Of a DNA stretch of 64,000 bases, positions 12,424 through 23,349 are shown one piece after another (position 1 is the stretch's first letter; every line of letters begins with the position of its first letter). Location: the NCBI GenBank assembly GCA_002633005.1, contig NMRA01000111.1:524866-588865 (forward strand). The letters are read 5' to 3'. The stretch is from Phoronis australis (lineage: Eukaryota > Animalia > Phoronida). A model generated the notes under the pieces. That model made no database searches, had not been told where the DNA came from, and saw only the letters and a list, made by a program, of their open reading frames with translations. The position numbers were made by a program, and so were the translations under genes.

Positions 12424-12833
12424 TTAAAGCGCACTTATCCCTTGCCCATGGTTCATAGTCGCCAACACAATCCGATGCAGGATAGTCCTTGCAGTCATTT
12501 CGTTTGTCTTCACATTTAGCTACTACACAAGCAGGATAAGCACATTGAAATCAAGCTTCGGCAAGCAAAAGCCAGAACAAGCGGTGAAGACGACAAAGTA
12601 ACATCTACGTAACTGTGATAAGTATTTTGAATTTTGAACACTAGCCAAGATGGCAGCTCTATTTCGGAATATAGAACGCTAAAATGTCTGAACTTGATAT
12701 CTTACAATCCAAAAATAGCGTTAGCTAACTGTTGATGCACCACATATCTCCCGGCAGTGTCAGCTTGCGTTGAAATGACGTTTGTTAAGTCTAAGTTGTT
12801 AGATTAAGAAGCCGCTTTGTAACACTAACGAAG

Positions 12834-12973
12834 TTATATTTTTTCTGGTGCTTGAAGCGTAGAAAGGCAGTAACCACAATATTTAGCGCACCTTTGTCGT
12901 GCCCAAGGCTCGTAATCACCGCCACAACTACCTTTCCCGTAGGCATTGCAGTTGCTTAGCTCATCCTTACACA
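12834..12973 (-). CDS. ShK domain exon 3 (CKDELSNCNAYGKGSCGGDYEPWARQRCAKYCGYCLSTLQAPEKI*), now terminating
   Basis: Six-Cys ShK pattern. At the position equivalent to the exon-1 donor (129 nt, 12845) the sequence reads CCAG|AA instead of G|GT and runs into TAA at 12836-12834. Confidence 0.8.
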
Positions 12974-15900
12974 CTGCAAGGTGCAGGAATAACAGACACA
13001 CGGATTACAATAAAGCAAACAACCAGACGAGACTCCAAGAGCGGTGTCACCGGCAATGTAAATTCTATCAGACAGTGAAAGATTGTCTAGCTTTTTTCCA
13101 CNCGATACATCCAAAGCAAAATAACGTTCATGATGAAATCTCAAAAACACTTTTACAGTTTTCTAAAATTAGCATTTAGTGTTCGTCTAGCAGAACGTCA
13201 GAGTTTTTTAGGAACTCGTGCAATTCCAACTTTGGTAGCCTCTCATCAAAAAGTAGTCTCATTAAGTTAAAATGGCGGTGTCAACAAAATCGTTCTTTGT
13301 ATGATGTTCTGGATAGGCACGCAGCTTTGGAAGTAATGGAAAACCCTCATTACATAGGAGGTTAACTGACCTGGAGGTGGCGCAGTCGTTGTTGTCGTAT
13401 CCGCTGTGCAGTAACCACAGGTGAGTGCACACTTGTCGCGCGCCCATGGCTCGTAGTCCCCAATGCAACCTGACGTGCCGTATCCGTCACAATTATCAAG
13501 TTTGTCTGCACATGTTTCTGCCAAAAACGAAAAAGGTAGTATCTGCATAAGAACAGGCACTAGAAAGTGTTCAGGTTCAGGTACTTTCATAATTCCAAAG
13601 TCTCGTTATGTAGAGGTTTTCTGAAACGGAGCTTTCATTGTTGCTGGGCGTCTATGAATAGAGCTACAACATGACTTGTTCGCAGTGCAGAAATGAAAAT
13701 GTTAAGATGATATGTAATACCTTTTGGTTTTGTTACGGCTGGTTTGCAGTATTGGCACGTAAGACGACAATACTCTCTCGCCCATGGCTCGTAATCTGTG
13801 CAAGTTGCGTTTCCGTAAGCTTTGCAATTGTCAAGAATGTCTTTGCAACCTGAAAAATAAATATATCAAGTCAAATGTGGGCGAAAACGGAACAAGATGA
13901 GTTTATAGCATGCTTATTTGATTCGAGGCTCCCGTTTTGTGCCAAAAATATTATAAAAATGTTGTTGTACCACTGATGTAAGACAAAATAGAATGATCAA
14001 GCTTGTAATGTTGAGTTTCTTGCATATACGAAACGAACTCTTGGATGCTTTAGTTCACAGCGCCACTTCAAATGGATTGGCATTAACGGAGGTTTGCGTT
14101 TCGTAGACCCAAACCGACAATCATAAAAAATCTAGTGTGACCACGTGTTTCGCTTGTAACGCTTTTTTCATGTCATTTTTAGCAAAAATAAGGTCTGTTG
14201 ATAATCCCAGACATATTTTTCACCTAATTAATTTAATTAATTTCTCGTCCTCTACTACGGAAGTGACGTTTTGGGAGGCAAGAATTTTGCGCCAGTTTCT
14301 TTTCATACAGTCTGACAGTCAGAGCAGTCGAGTCAGTCATTGTTCTACCTCGGTTGTGATAAGTTCGGCCGTCGTTTGCTTTTGTTTACAAGTCAGTCAA
14401 CATGCCACGCTGTTGCTTCGTACCAGGATGTACTCATTATCGTCTCAAATGCGCTTTGGGTACCTTGCATCGCTTTCCGAAGGATGACACACTTCGCCCT
14501 ACTTGGCTAGCTCGTTCGTGTGAAGAACGCAGCGCTACCCGTCCACACAACGTACAAAGCAGTGGCAAGCATTTTCAGCCGTCATATTACGTCAGAGATA
14601 TGTACGCTGAATTGGTGAAGGTCCTTGCGAAATAACGCTTGAAGAAGGGTTCCATACCGTCGCTGCTGATTCCCGGCAGTGCCCCGTCGCCACCCCCGAG
14701 AAGTGCGTTTTTGAAGCGAAAAAAAACTCGAGGCTGCGACTAAAGCCTTGAAATTTCGAGTTTGGACACGAATGTTAAGCCTTGATGCTAGAGTCACCAA
14801 GTGCAAACCAGGATTAGACAATTAACTGTTTCAGTTATTATTTTCTCGTGAATACAATAATATGCATTGATCCTGAGTTCGCAAAAAAGTAGAATAGATT
14901 AGGGAAATCAACAAGGTCGAGCTCGAGAGTTAAAAAGAGATTACACTCCGGGACCTGATATTACTAATGTTAGGTGCCACTACACAAGCAACCGTAGTCG
15001 TTTCTAATGAACTGCTTACCTGAATTTATCGAAACTGGACCGGTTCTAACTAGAAAATAAAACGTTAATTTTAGGAAAACAGTAACCCATTGCTGTAACG
15101 CAAGAATAACGTGGACTCAAGTCATTCTCTAAAACGAACAAAGTGTAACACAGTGGCGGATCTAGGATACCATGAGGGGGGCCCAACACGTTGCCTCACN
15201 GGCCCCTGGGCCCCCCTAAATCCGCCTATGCAACTGTAGGCCTACGTTTCACGAAAATACAAATGTATGCCAGAAGAGCCATCTCGCACGTTAACGCTTT
15301 TTAAAATTTACATTCACTGTTTCTCCTCAGAACTAAATCATAAACATCAGACGGGTACCACCTGTATTTCTTCACGGAATTTGCAGAGAATGCGCCATTA
15401 TGCACATCCCAGCTTCTGGTTATTGAGCAGACGACGTGCTTACCGGAGGTAAAATATACATCACACCATGCGCCGCTAGAGAGCAGTTACTTTGTGGCCA
15501 CTAATGTTGATCGGGGCGTAGGCCCAAAATTCACAACAGATTTTGAGCATTGAGAATATTCAAAGTCATGCTTTTAAGATTCGCAGCATTTCTTTGCAGG
15601 AAAGTTAACATGTATACCCAATCTGTAAATAGAGGTATTCTGACAATAATCATGCATTGAGAGCCATTTATATATTCCTCCAGGACTGCAATACAGAAGT
15701 GGCCGCGGAAGCTCTGCAACAACCCCTTTGGATTCGTCCCGTGTGAAATAATCGTTCCGTTAAATGTGATAACAAAAACGTTTTAGTCTGCTAATAAGAT
15801 TCAGCTGTTGTTATTTCATTCAGTTCTTTGAAACATGATGCTGTTGTGTAAACGTTCTCAAAATTCAAAAGTTTGGTGCAAGTTAGAAAACTTTTAGAAG

Positions 15901-18900
15901 TTAAAATGAATAAGAAATAGAGGCAAGTTACTATAAATAACAGTCTTGCATATTAATAGTGTGTCTTTAAATGCCACTCTTAATTTGACAAACGCGGGGC
16001 TTAAATTCTTTAGTTTTGACTCCTGATTGTTGATTGTCTGCTGCCTACAGTTCAAAATTAAACTGGGAAAAGGTCTGATTATAGTAACGCAGGGCACCTG
16101 AGAGCAAGCAAGTGACGCGGCGGGTCGCTCTACTCAATCAGTGACTCATCATTGTCGTGATTCGTGAAACCGTAGCAACTGACACGTGAGGTGAAGTACG
16201 TAATGAATGCACATTTTGGGACTGCTTAATGTTTTTACGCTACTCACCTGTGCAACCGTAGAGTAACTGGATCTTTTTGATGTCTGTGGGACTTAGTCCT
16301 ATGCGTTGTCCAATTGTGACACCGGCCTGTTTGGGGGTCAGTGTAGGACTTGAGTCGTTTTTGCTGAATGAGGTTCTATTGTAGTGCATGATGCTACCGT
16401 AGTCATAAGGCTGATTGAGATGGTCCACTTGTGTACCAAGGGTGTACTTGTTAAAATCTTTGGCTCGCCCTGAAATTAATTTCGAAAACCAGATTAAGTG
16501 CTGGTAACGTGACACTTTGACAACTGTAAGTCAAGTATTAAACAACCAGGAAGTTTTGACGAAAAGCTGGATTTGTAGCAGTTTAAGGTATAATGGAAAA
16601 TAACGCTACACTCTCTGTTTACGTGCTGCATCTTTGAACTGTGCTAATAATGGCTTCAAAATCCGTTGTATTAATAGTTTTGGTTTCAAAATTATGTCAA
16701 TCTTGAGAGGCCGTTGTAACATGTAGACGTTCCAACAGAAATGTAATCCTATCGTGGACTTTTAAGGGTTATATAATGGGGCGTATATATTTCCTCGCCT
16801 TGTTGACAGGGAATGTAGGTGCAAGTTGTCAGGTTTCACCGGTTGGTATCGTTCTGCTTGGAACATCGGTAACCTGCAATCCATTGCTGATATTTCGAAG
16901 AATTACTGAAAAAGTCATTGGCACGGAATATTAAGATACAGATTTTTATTCTAATTGCCCAGGATTGATTTTGATTTTGGACAGTTAAAGACGATATACA
17001 CAACATTAACCTAAGTTAAAATTCAAGTTCAGTGATAGCACTTCGTGTCTCTATTTCCATTTCCTAATGACGAAAAGAGTCGTATGTAAGAATTAAGACC
17101 ATATGAAATCAATTGCGTGAAGATGAATTCAATAAAACAAAATCACCTGCAAAGGTTTGCGGCTGCTAAGCACCCCGTTTCAAAGTTTAGAAACATGTCA
17201 ATCACAGCAAGGCCCGATTTTTGAGAGTTAAAAAAGACTTATAGACTTAGTCATGTAATACACGCTTCACAATGTTGCCAAGTACAACCAAAATTCGTGA
17301 AATGTATAATCTTCTCTGATCATTCCTATAATGCGCCATGAAACAGAAACAATAACTAAAGAATCACCAGGTAAAATGTTTTCGAAGTGAACAGTCACGA
17401 AATCGTCTCTATCAGCGCGTGATTGTTCGTGGAAGAATCCAAGGGCATGCATAAGTTCGTGCATTGCTGTTCCTCTTCTCTCGCACCCACTTCCTAAAGA
17501 TAAATCTTGGTCATAGCCTATTCGTCCCACTGCAGAGTAACATCTGAAAAAAATTCATTTCACTAAAAACTATGCAGCATTGATGAGGGGCCGCAATGAC
17601 AACATTTTTCAGATTCGCACGTGTAATAGACAATGGTAACGACAAAGGGAAAGTCAAAACTTAAAATGAAAACTAATGTTCAATTCCTCAAACGTTCGCC
17701 TTTCCAATCCTGCGTTTCACAACCTATTGTCAATTGTATCAACATACAGTTTCCATTACAACCTACTACCAGCTTAAAGATTCTTATTTAAAACGGCATG
17801 AAACGTTTGCGTTCTGAAAAAGAGTTGATTTGGCGTGTGCAACGTACGGGTATGAAATTGTCCTTACCATTTTCACAGCGTGACCTAGAAATTTATGAAA
17901 TTGCACCGAAGAAGTAACCGTCTAATTGTCCTTCCTAAGTCCAGAGATCACTTCAAAAGTGCCAAGGAACATTTTGAGTCCAAATTCGGTGAGTAACCTA
18001 ATTTGCCTTTGACAGAAAGTACCGGTTTCCATGCCATTTTGGGACTTGTTCGTATACAGCCTTCGTGGATTCAGGACTTAACACACAGGAATGAGAATCG
18101 TTAATAAGTATTACATTCATGATATACAAGTAAGCTGAACTGACCCTACGTGTTCATTCTTATTAACACATTTACATGCCTAAGTGTGTGTGCATCACTT
18201 GTTTTCCTGTCTGGTCTACTTAGTGTCTCGTGGTTTATTTGTCTCTCTACAACACTGATGGTGCTCATTTTCTAGAAATCAACTCCCTTTCCAGAGGCGG
18301 ATCTACGGGGGGTTCAGGGGGTTTATCCCCTCTGGACAGGATCAAAAATAAAAAATTAAAAAACGTCATCAGGCGAACGAAATCAGCTCCTAAAACCAAA
18401 AAAAAAATCTTACACGGGAAGGCGGAAACCCCCTCCCGACCTCCCCCATTCGGCGCTACTCGCCTCGGATTCGTGCGAGTCCTGAGCTCGCTCTCGTTTA
18501 AATAGCCTTGTACATTACCATCTCCATATAATAATCCACAGTTATCATCGCGTACGTTTTATAATATATATATTTATTGTTTAGGTATTTGATGCTCAGT
18601 TGTTACTGTAGACAGATAGTCACCCACCGTTACAGTTCCACGTGCTCTTTATTTTGTGCACATTCTCAATCCATAATATTTCTAGTGTCATAATGTTGTC
18701 ATATGTATCTCAAATTCACCTTTGTGGTTTGGTTCGCTACAAACTAGCTTGAGGAGCTGTTCGCTTTTAGGGTTATTTGCTAACAAAGATACGAACCAGA
18801 CTGGAAAATATTGCTAACAAGCCTACCATGGTTTATTAGCTCGGTCAGTACGTGATGTGATATACATGTATATTTTTTCTTCCGTTATTGCACGCCTCCA

Positions 18901-20759
18901 TGTACATGTATGAAGGAGCTTCCAAATACACAAGAGGTGGCAAACATTAGTATATTCAACGTGTTAAGTGGCACTAAACACTTAGGCTTCAGCCGCATCC
19001 GCAGCCAAATTGCAACAATAAAAAATCTTCGTTAGGCAAGCTTTGAGGGCTGTTTGGCTCAGTGAATCCGATTACTTTGTATTAGTAAACATCTTGAAAT
19101 TGAGGAAACACCAGTTGTTCGATTGCAGCTGCACTCTTCTCCAAGCTTGCGGCCCCTGTTGCATTTGACATTGTTGAGTAGCGATTGAAAAATCGGCTGC
19201 GATTTCGGGTAGCGCTCAAACAAGCCAGAAATACAAAAACTTAATTGGCACTACATTTGGACAACGTTTTTGTAATCTGTAGGATATTTTCTTTCAGGAT
19301 CTAATGTTGGCATATGTCGTGCAATAGTAGGGAGGTGGTGCCTTTAGGGTGAAATGGACCAAATCTGTGTTTTGCTCCTTCTTAGCCTACCTTGCTTTAC
19401 AGTAGGAGTGAAAGCGTTAAAAATACAAGACACAATAAAATTTATGTGCTCATCTCTAGGGATTTTGGTGTGAAATTACTCAAAACTTGTCATTCTTTGC
19501 TTACGGCTATGGACAGAGGGACGAAAAGGTGGCAAGTCCATTGATGCATGTTTTGCTATGCAAAACCCATTGGGAACTGTACTTTGCCTCCGTTTTACAA
19601 CGTTGTACTGGCCTTCGTTATTTTCATTTCAAACTGTGGACTACGACACAACACCTCTCTATCATTCGTACATATTTTGGTAACATTGTATTCTGCCAAA
19701 AGATTTTCCCAATTGGACAAAATGTTCATCATAAATTACAGCCTTTACTCAGTATTTCTAGAAAGTATCACAATTTTAATTGAAGGCATCATCTTACCCT
19801 CTCAACGGTTGGATGTTTATATAGTCTTGCTGTGTAGTTCGTTGGATATATTGGATGCACTTGCTATTTCCAACTTTGGTAACGTCCATGATTTCTTGCA
19901 TAGCAGCCATGATGTTGTTCTTCTTGTATTGGGCTAAAAACAAAGATGGATGGAACTACAAAGTTAAAGATCATATTATTACTATTGCTGCTGACGTTTT
20001 TTGTTGTTGTTGTTTTTATAGATGTTGTTATTACTATCACTATCGTATACATTGTTATTATTATACTTCGGCAGCCTGTAAAATTCTGTAGCGTCTTTCC
20101 TAAGGAAAGTACTGCATTTATTTTAGCCATTATTCTTACAGACGCTAGTTCTATGCTTCTGAGTATGAGCAAGTAGCACTGATCTGCGCCATTGTAGAAT
20201 AATAATGATTTTTGTCAACAAAACGCTTCCATTCGAAATACTTAGAACAGGAAATGCAAATGTCCAGTCCAGCTACTGATGCTTTTTAGATACCAAGCTC
20301 CAGACATGGGGCCTCTTCAAAACTGGCCTTCGCGCTTGAATCTTCGATTGGTGGATTAACTTGAATGGTATTTTTTTAACAACTGCAAGATGTACACTTT
20401 TACAGTCTGTGTGGCATCATAACGAAAATTTCACTAACAGGCCCGTTTCATTGCTTGATTATTCAGTTGACCATGATTCCGCGGGACCCTAACCAGTTCC
20501 TTACATCTATATAGCCTTGTGGGTTGGCCGATCACAGTGGAAAAACATCAAGCGCTATCTCACTGCGTCAGCCAGAGAGGCGGTAAAGTTGTACAATATA
20601 CATGCGATTATGTGATTTTAATAATGTACGCGCATGCCAAAGTTTTACTATCGACAAATAAAATGTAAATACAGTGAACTTACCGAAGGAGTCGCTGATT
20701 GTGTAATACACTATTCCATTTGGCCACAATTGTCCTTTGTAGGCCAAAGCGTTTCGGTG
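12834..20759 (-). CDS. Astacin-family (M12A) zinc metalloprotease with C-terminal ShK (ShKT) domains; multi-exon, 5' exons (signal/propeptide) not resolved
   Basis: Exons with AG/GT boundaries and compatible phases: 20759-20684 (HRNALAYKGQLWPNGIVYYTISDSF), 19933-19798 (QYKKNNIMAAMQEI..KCIQYIQRTTQQDYINIQPLRG), 17543-17368 (CYSAVGRIG..HELMHALGFFHEQSRADRD), 16469-16248 (..PYDYGSIMHY..IGQRIGLSPTDIKKIQLLYGC), ShK exons 13849-13721, 13517-13371, 12973-12834(stop). The HExxHxxGxxHEQxRxDRD zinc motif and SIMHY Met-turn are intact. Confidence 0.93.
13371..13517 (-). CDS. ShK domain exon 2 plus Thr/Pro linker (CADKLDNCDGYGTSGCIGDYEPWARDKCALTCGYCTADTTTTTAPPP)
   Basis: Six-Cys ShK pattern; 147 nt, phase 1->1. 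Confidence 0.9.
13721..13849 (-). CDS. ShK domain exon 1 (CKDILDNCKAYGNATCTDYEPWAREYCRLTCQYC)
   Basis: Six-Cys ShK pattern ending CxxTCxxC; 129 nt, phase 1->1. Confidence 0.9.
14402..14665 (+). pseudogene. THAP zinc-finger domain remnant inside an astacin intron (probably transposon-derived)
   Basis: MPRCCFVPGC..LHRFPKD..RPTWL..SGKHF..*RLKKGSIP matches the THAP CxxxxC/HxFP/W/CxxHF/AVP layout. The third Cys is lost and there is an in-frame stop. Confidence 0.7.
15151..15230 (+). mobile_element. Short MITE with CAGTGGCGGATCT-type ends (other ends of this family at ~18293 and ~42992)
   Basis: CAGTGGCGGATCTAGG..CCTAAATCCGCCTATG; contains an N. Confidence 0.6.
16248..16469 (-). CDS. Astacin Met-turn exon (YDYGSIMHY..IGQR.GLS..D)
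   Basis: 222 nt, phase 1->1, ttcag/gtgag boundaries. Confidence 0.95.
17368..17543 (-). CDS. Astacin zinc-binding exon (HELMHALGFFHEQSRADRD)
   Basis: 176 nt, phase 2->1, astacin signature motif. Confidence 0.95.
19798..19933 (-). CDS. Astacin catalytic exon (AAMQEI..KCIQY..DYINI)
   Basis: tttttag acceptor, gtaag donor, 136 nt, phase 1->2; joins in frame to the GCYSAVG exon. Confidence 0.85.
20684..20759 (-). CDS. Astacin exon: start of mature catalytic domain (RNA..LWPNGIVYY)
   Basis: ttgcag acceptor, gtaag donor, phase 0->1, canonical astacin N-terminus. Confidence 0.85.
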
Positions 20760-23098
20760 CTGCAAGAAAAGTTATCGTGTTCTAATTGTCTGTTTACTTG
20801 AATTTTAGCCAAGATACTCCGTGATACGATTTCAACTCGTTCAAGCTGGCGTTTCCTTGTGATTTTTCATACAGCTTTGCGTGTTTCAATTACCCCCAAA
20901 ATAGTCGTTTGTCAAGATTTTAATTTAGTTTTGTTTCCTAGCGTTTACGTTATCGAAAGTTCGAGGAAGGACCGTACATGAATACGTAGATGTATGAAAT
21001 TAATTTCGATTTCACTATGTAATAGGCCTACGTGCCAGCATGGTAGTAATGTCGACATCTCATATTCACAAATAAATGTAAAGGGTGGTTTCAAGCAAAG
21101 GCATTTAAAAATACACAACTTAGTATGAATTGCAGCAATCAGAAATATTCTCATGAACGTCTTTGAATAAAAACATGGCTTTTCGCGTCATTCTTAAAAT
21201 ATCTTCAGATAAGTTCTAACTCGTTCAATATCAAATGTTCCCGTTTTCTACGCAATAGATACGAAATGCACTTGTTCAACACCAGTATCATAACTTTGAT
21301 AAATGGTTGTCAACTGTTGATTATTTATTAAGATAAGGTTTGTTGAGTTTCAGTCATGTCTTTGGCTGTAATTTCTCGTTACGTACTTTACTTTTACTGA
21401 AAGTACCTACTGGGTGCCTGGTCGAATGAGCTACCAAAAGTAGGAACATGATGTCAATTTTATGTGCATGTACTCAAAAGTAAACAAACTTGTCCTTCGT
21501 CATCTTTATTATTTACGTGCTGTATCTTCAAACTGAACAGAACATAAGCGGACGCATAGATTTTGGTCGACATGAAACCGGGTATTTCTCTGTTTAACAT
21601 GTCTGGGTTGTGGTTCTTCTAATCAAATGTATTGGACGGACATGTTGACGACTCCAAAACAAAGTAATGAATTCGCTTTAAACCATTTCATGTTTGATGA
21701 TTGTATCGTGGTTAAAGTCCTGCTCTCAAACTGCCCATGTGGTTCCAGTATCCGAAAATACTTACTACATAAAATCTTATTTTCGACACCCTTTCTCTAT
21801 ATTCTTTTCGCCTTTCTTGCCAAAAGCGATTTTAACAGTATTTGTCCCTTCTCTGTGAGCGTATAATTACCGGCTGTCATCGGTTATTTCCGTACCCACA
21901 TTTCCGGCTCATCAGTTCAGGAACTTGTCCTGAACGCCGCCATTTTTTCCTTGTAACTGAATGTGCTATGGCTTGCTCGAAAAGTCTCCATTATTTTGTT
22001 TTATTAGTAATTTGTTTGTGTGTGTAGTGTATTTATAGTTTGTAGTTAGTGGTCGTTGAATTTTTTTAGAATGTTACGCGTACATAATATGGTAAAATAG
22101 CATTGGTGTTTAGTTCCTTACGTAGGCCGGTCGAACCTAGGAACCAATATGGGTCGAACCAATTTTTTTTCGTTTTGATTTTTTTCTCGTTTTGAAAAAG
22201 TACTTTGCTATCATCGGAAAGTTAGTGCATTCTACTCGGAAAAAAACGACAAAGTATCAAAATCGGGGCAAGCAGTGTAAAGATATTGCAATTTTTGTGG
22301 CGAAATTTGGATCACTTTGTTTGGATCACGTCGGCCATATTGGAGGACAGCGGCATAAGTTACGAGTTTAAAACTTTGTGTAAATTGTTTTCGCCAACAA
22401 ATTTAGTTAGACATATCTTTACTTACTATTCTGCATGATTCAACAGTGTTCACCAAATTTTAGCCTCGCTGTTGTTACTCATTAAGTGATAAATGTGCTC
22501 ACAATTCCCGTCTCATTTCTGGCGGCACCGACAACATGGCGACTTTTGCCGAACTGGAAGGCATGTTTGACCTGTTACTTTGAAATTTGTGAAGATTGGA
22601 CGTTGATACATTTTGACAAACTTTGCTACAAAAACGGAACTTTGTTTAATTTTCATGTTTTTGTGCAAAACTATAAGATAATTCGAATTATTTTACTGTG
22701 AATTTCCCATTCAGGTGATCTTACACTAAGCTAAAAAAATAGTTGAAATAATTTTGAAATGTTTTTTTGTTTGACTGTCAACTGCTGTTCAAGGCTTGAT
22801 TCGGTGTCACAGAATGATTAATAGTTTTTCTAAATTTTAAGTCTCAGTTGCTTTCAAGTCATGTTTTGTAACTTATTGCTTCTTAATTCAGGTTATCAAG
22901 TCAACAATATGAATAATCTTAATTTGGGAAATAAGCAATGTTGGATTGTGAAGCTTCAAGCCTTCAATTCTTATTCCTTGCAACTTAATAATTTTTTTAA
23001 TCATGCTTGTCAATTCTGGTATAAGGAAACACTAATCAGTCACCATGGTAATAGTTATATGTAAGTCCACTTTCATAACATGGAAACTTTTGCTGTTG

Positions 23099-23349
23099 CA
23101 TGCGCGCACCCAGGGGGGGTGGGGGGTCGGGGGGATCCAACGAGCCCCCCATTTGGCGAAGTGGGCAAAAACGTCCGCCCCCGAGGGACAAAAAGCCGGA
23201 GAAAATGGGACAAAAGTCCACTAAAGAAGCGCAAATGCGCAATTCACAGTGGTGCTCTCGCTTTTTTAGTCCGCCGACTCTTTTTTTAGCAAAAGCCCCA
23301 CATCGCCGGGAATTCGAGCCCCCCATATTGAAGGCTGGGTGCGTGCATG
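23099..23349 (+). mobile_element. MITE family 1, copy 1 (CATGCGCGCACCCAG TIR)
   Basis: 15-bp TIR; 5-bp TSD TGTTG/TGTTG; homologous to 29811-29978 and 51019-51279. Confidence 0.85.

Larger units (their letters stand above)
7714..12519 (-). pseudogene. ShK domain exon 4 of the astacin gene, split by a Sola3-like insertion (halves 12519-12424 and 7764-7714)
   Basis: Removing 7769-12423 and one TTAA gives KCEDKRNDCKDYPASDCVGDYEPWARDKCAL-TCG*CIGVTTTTTSVPP. This is 147 nt, the same length as ShK exon 2, and is followed by GT. There is a nonsense codon at 7756-7754. Confidence 0.88.
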
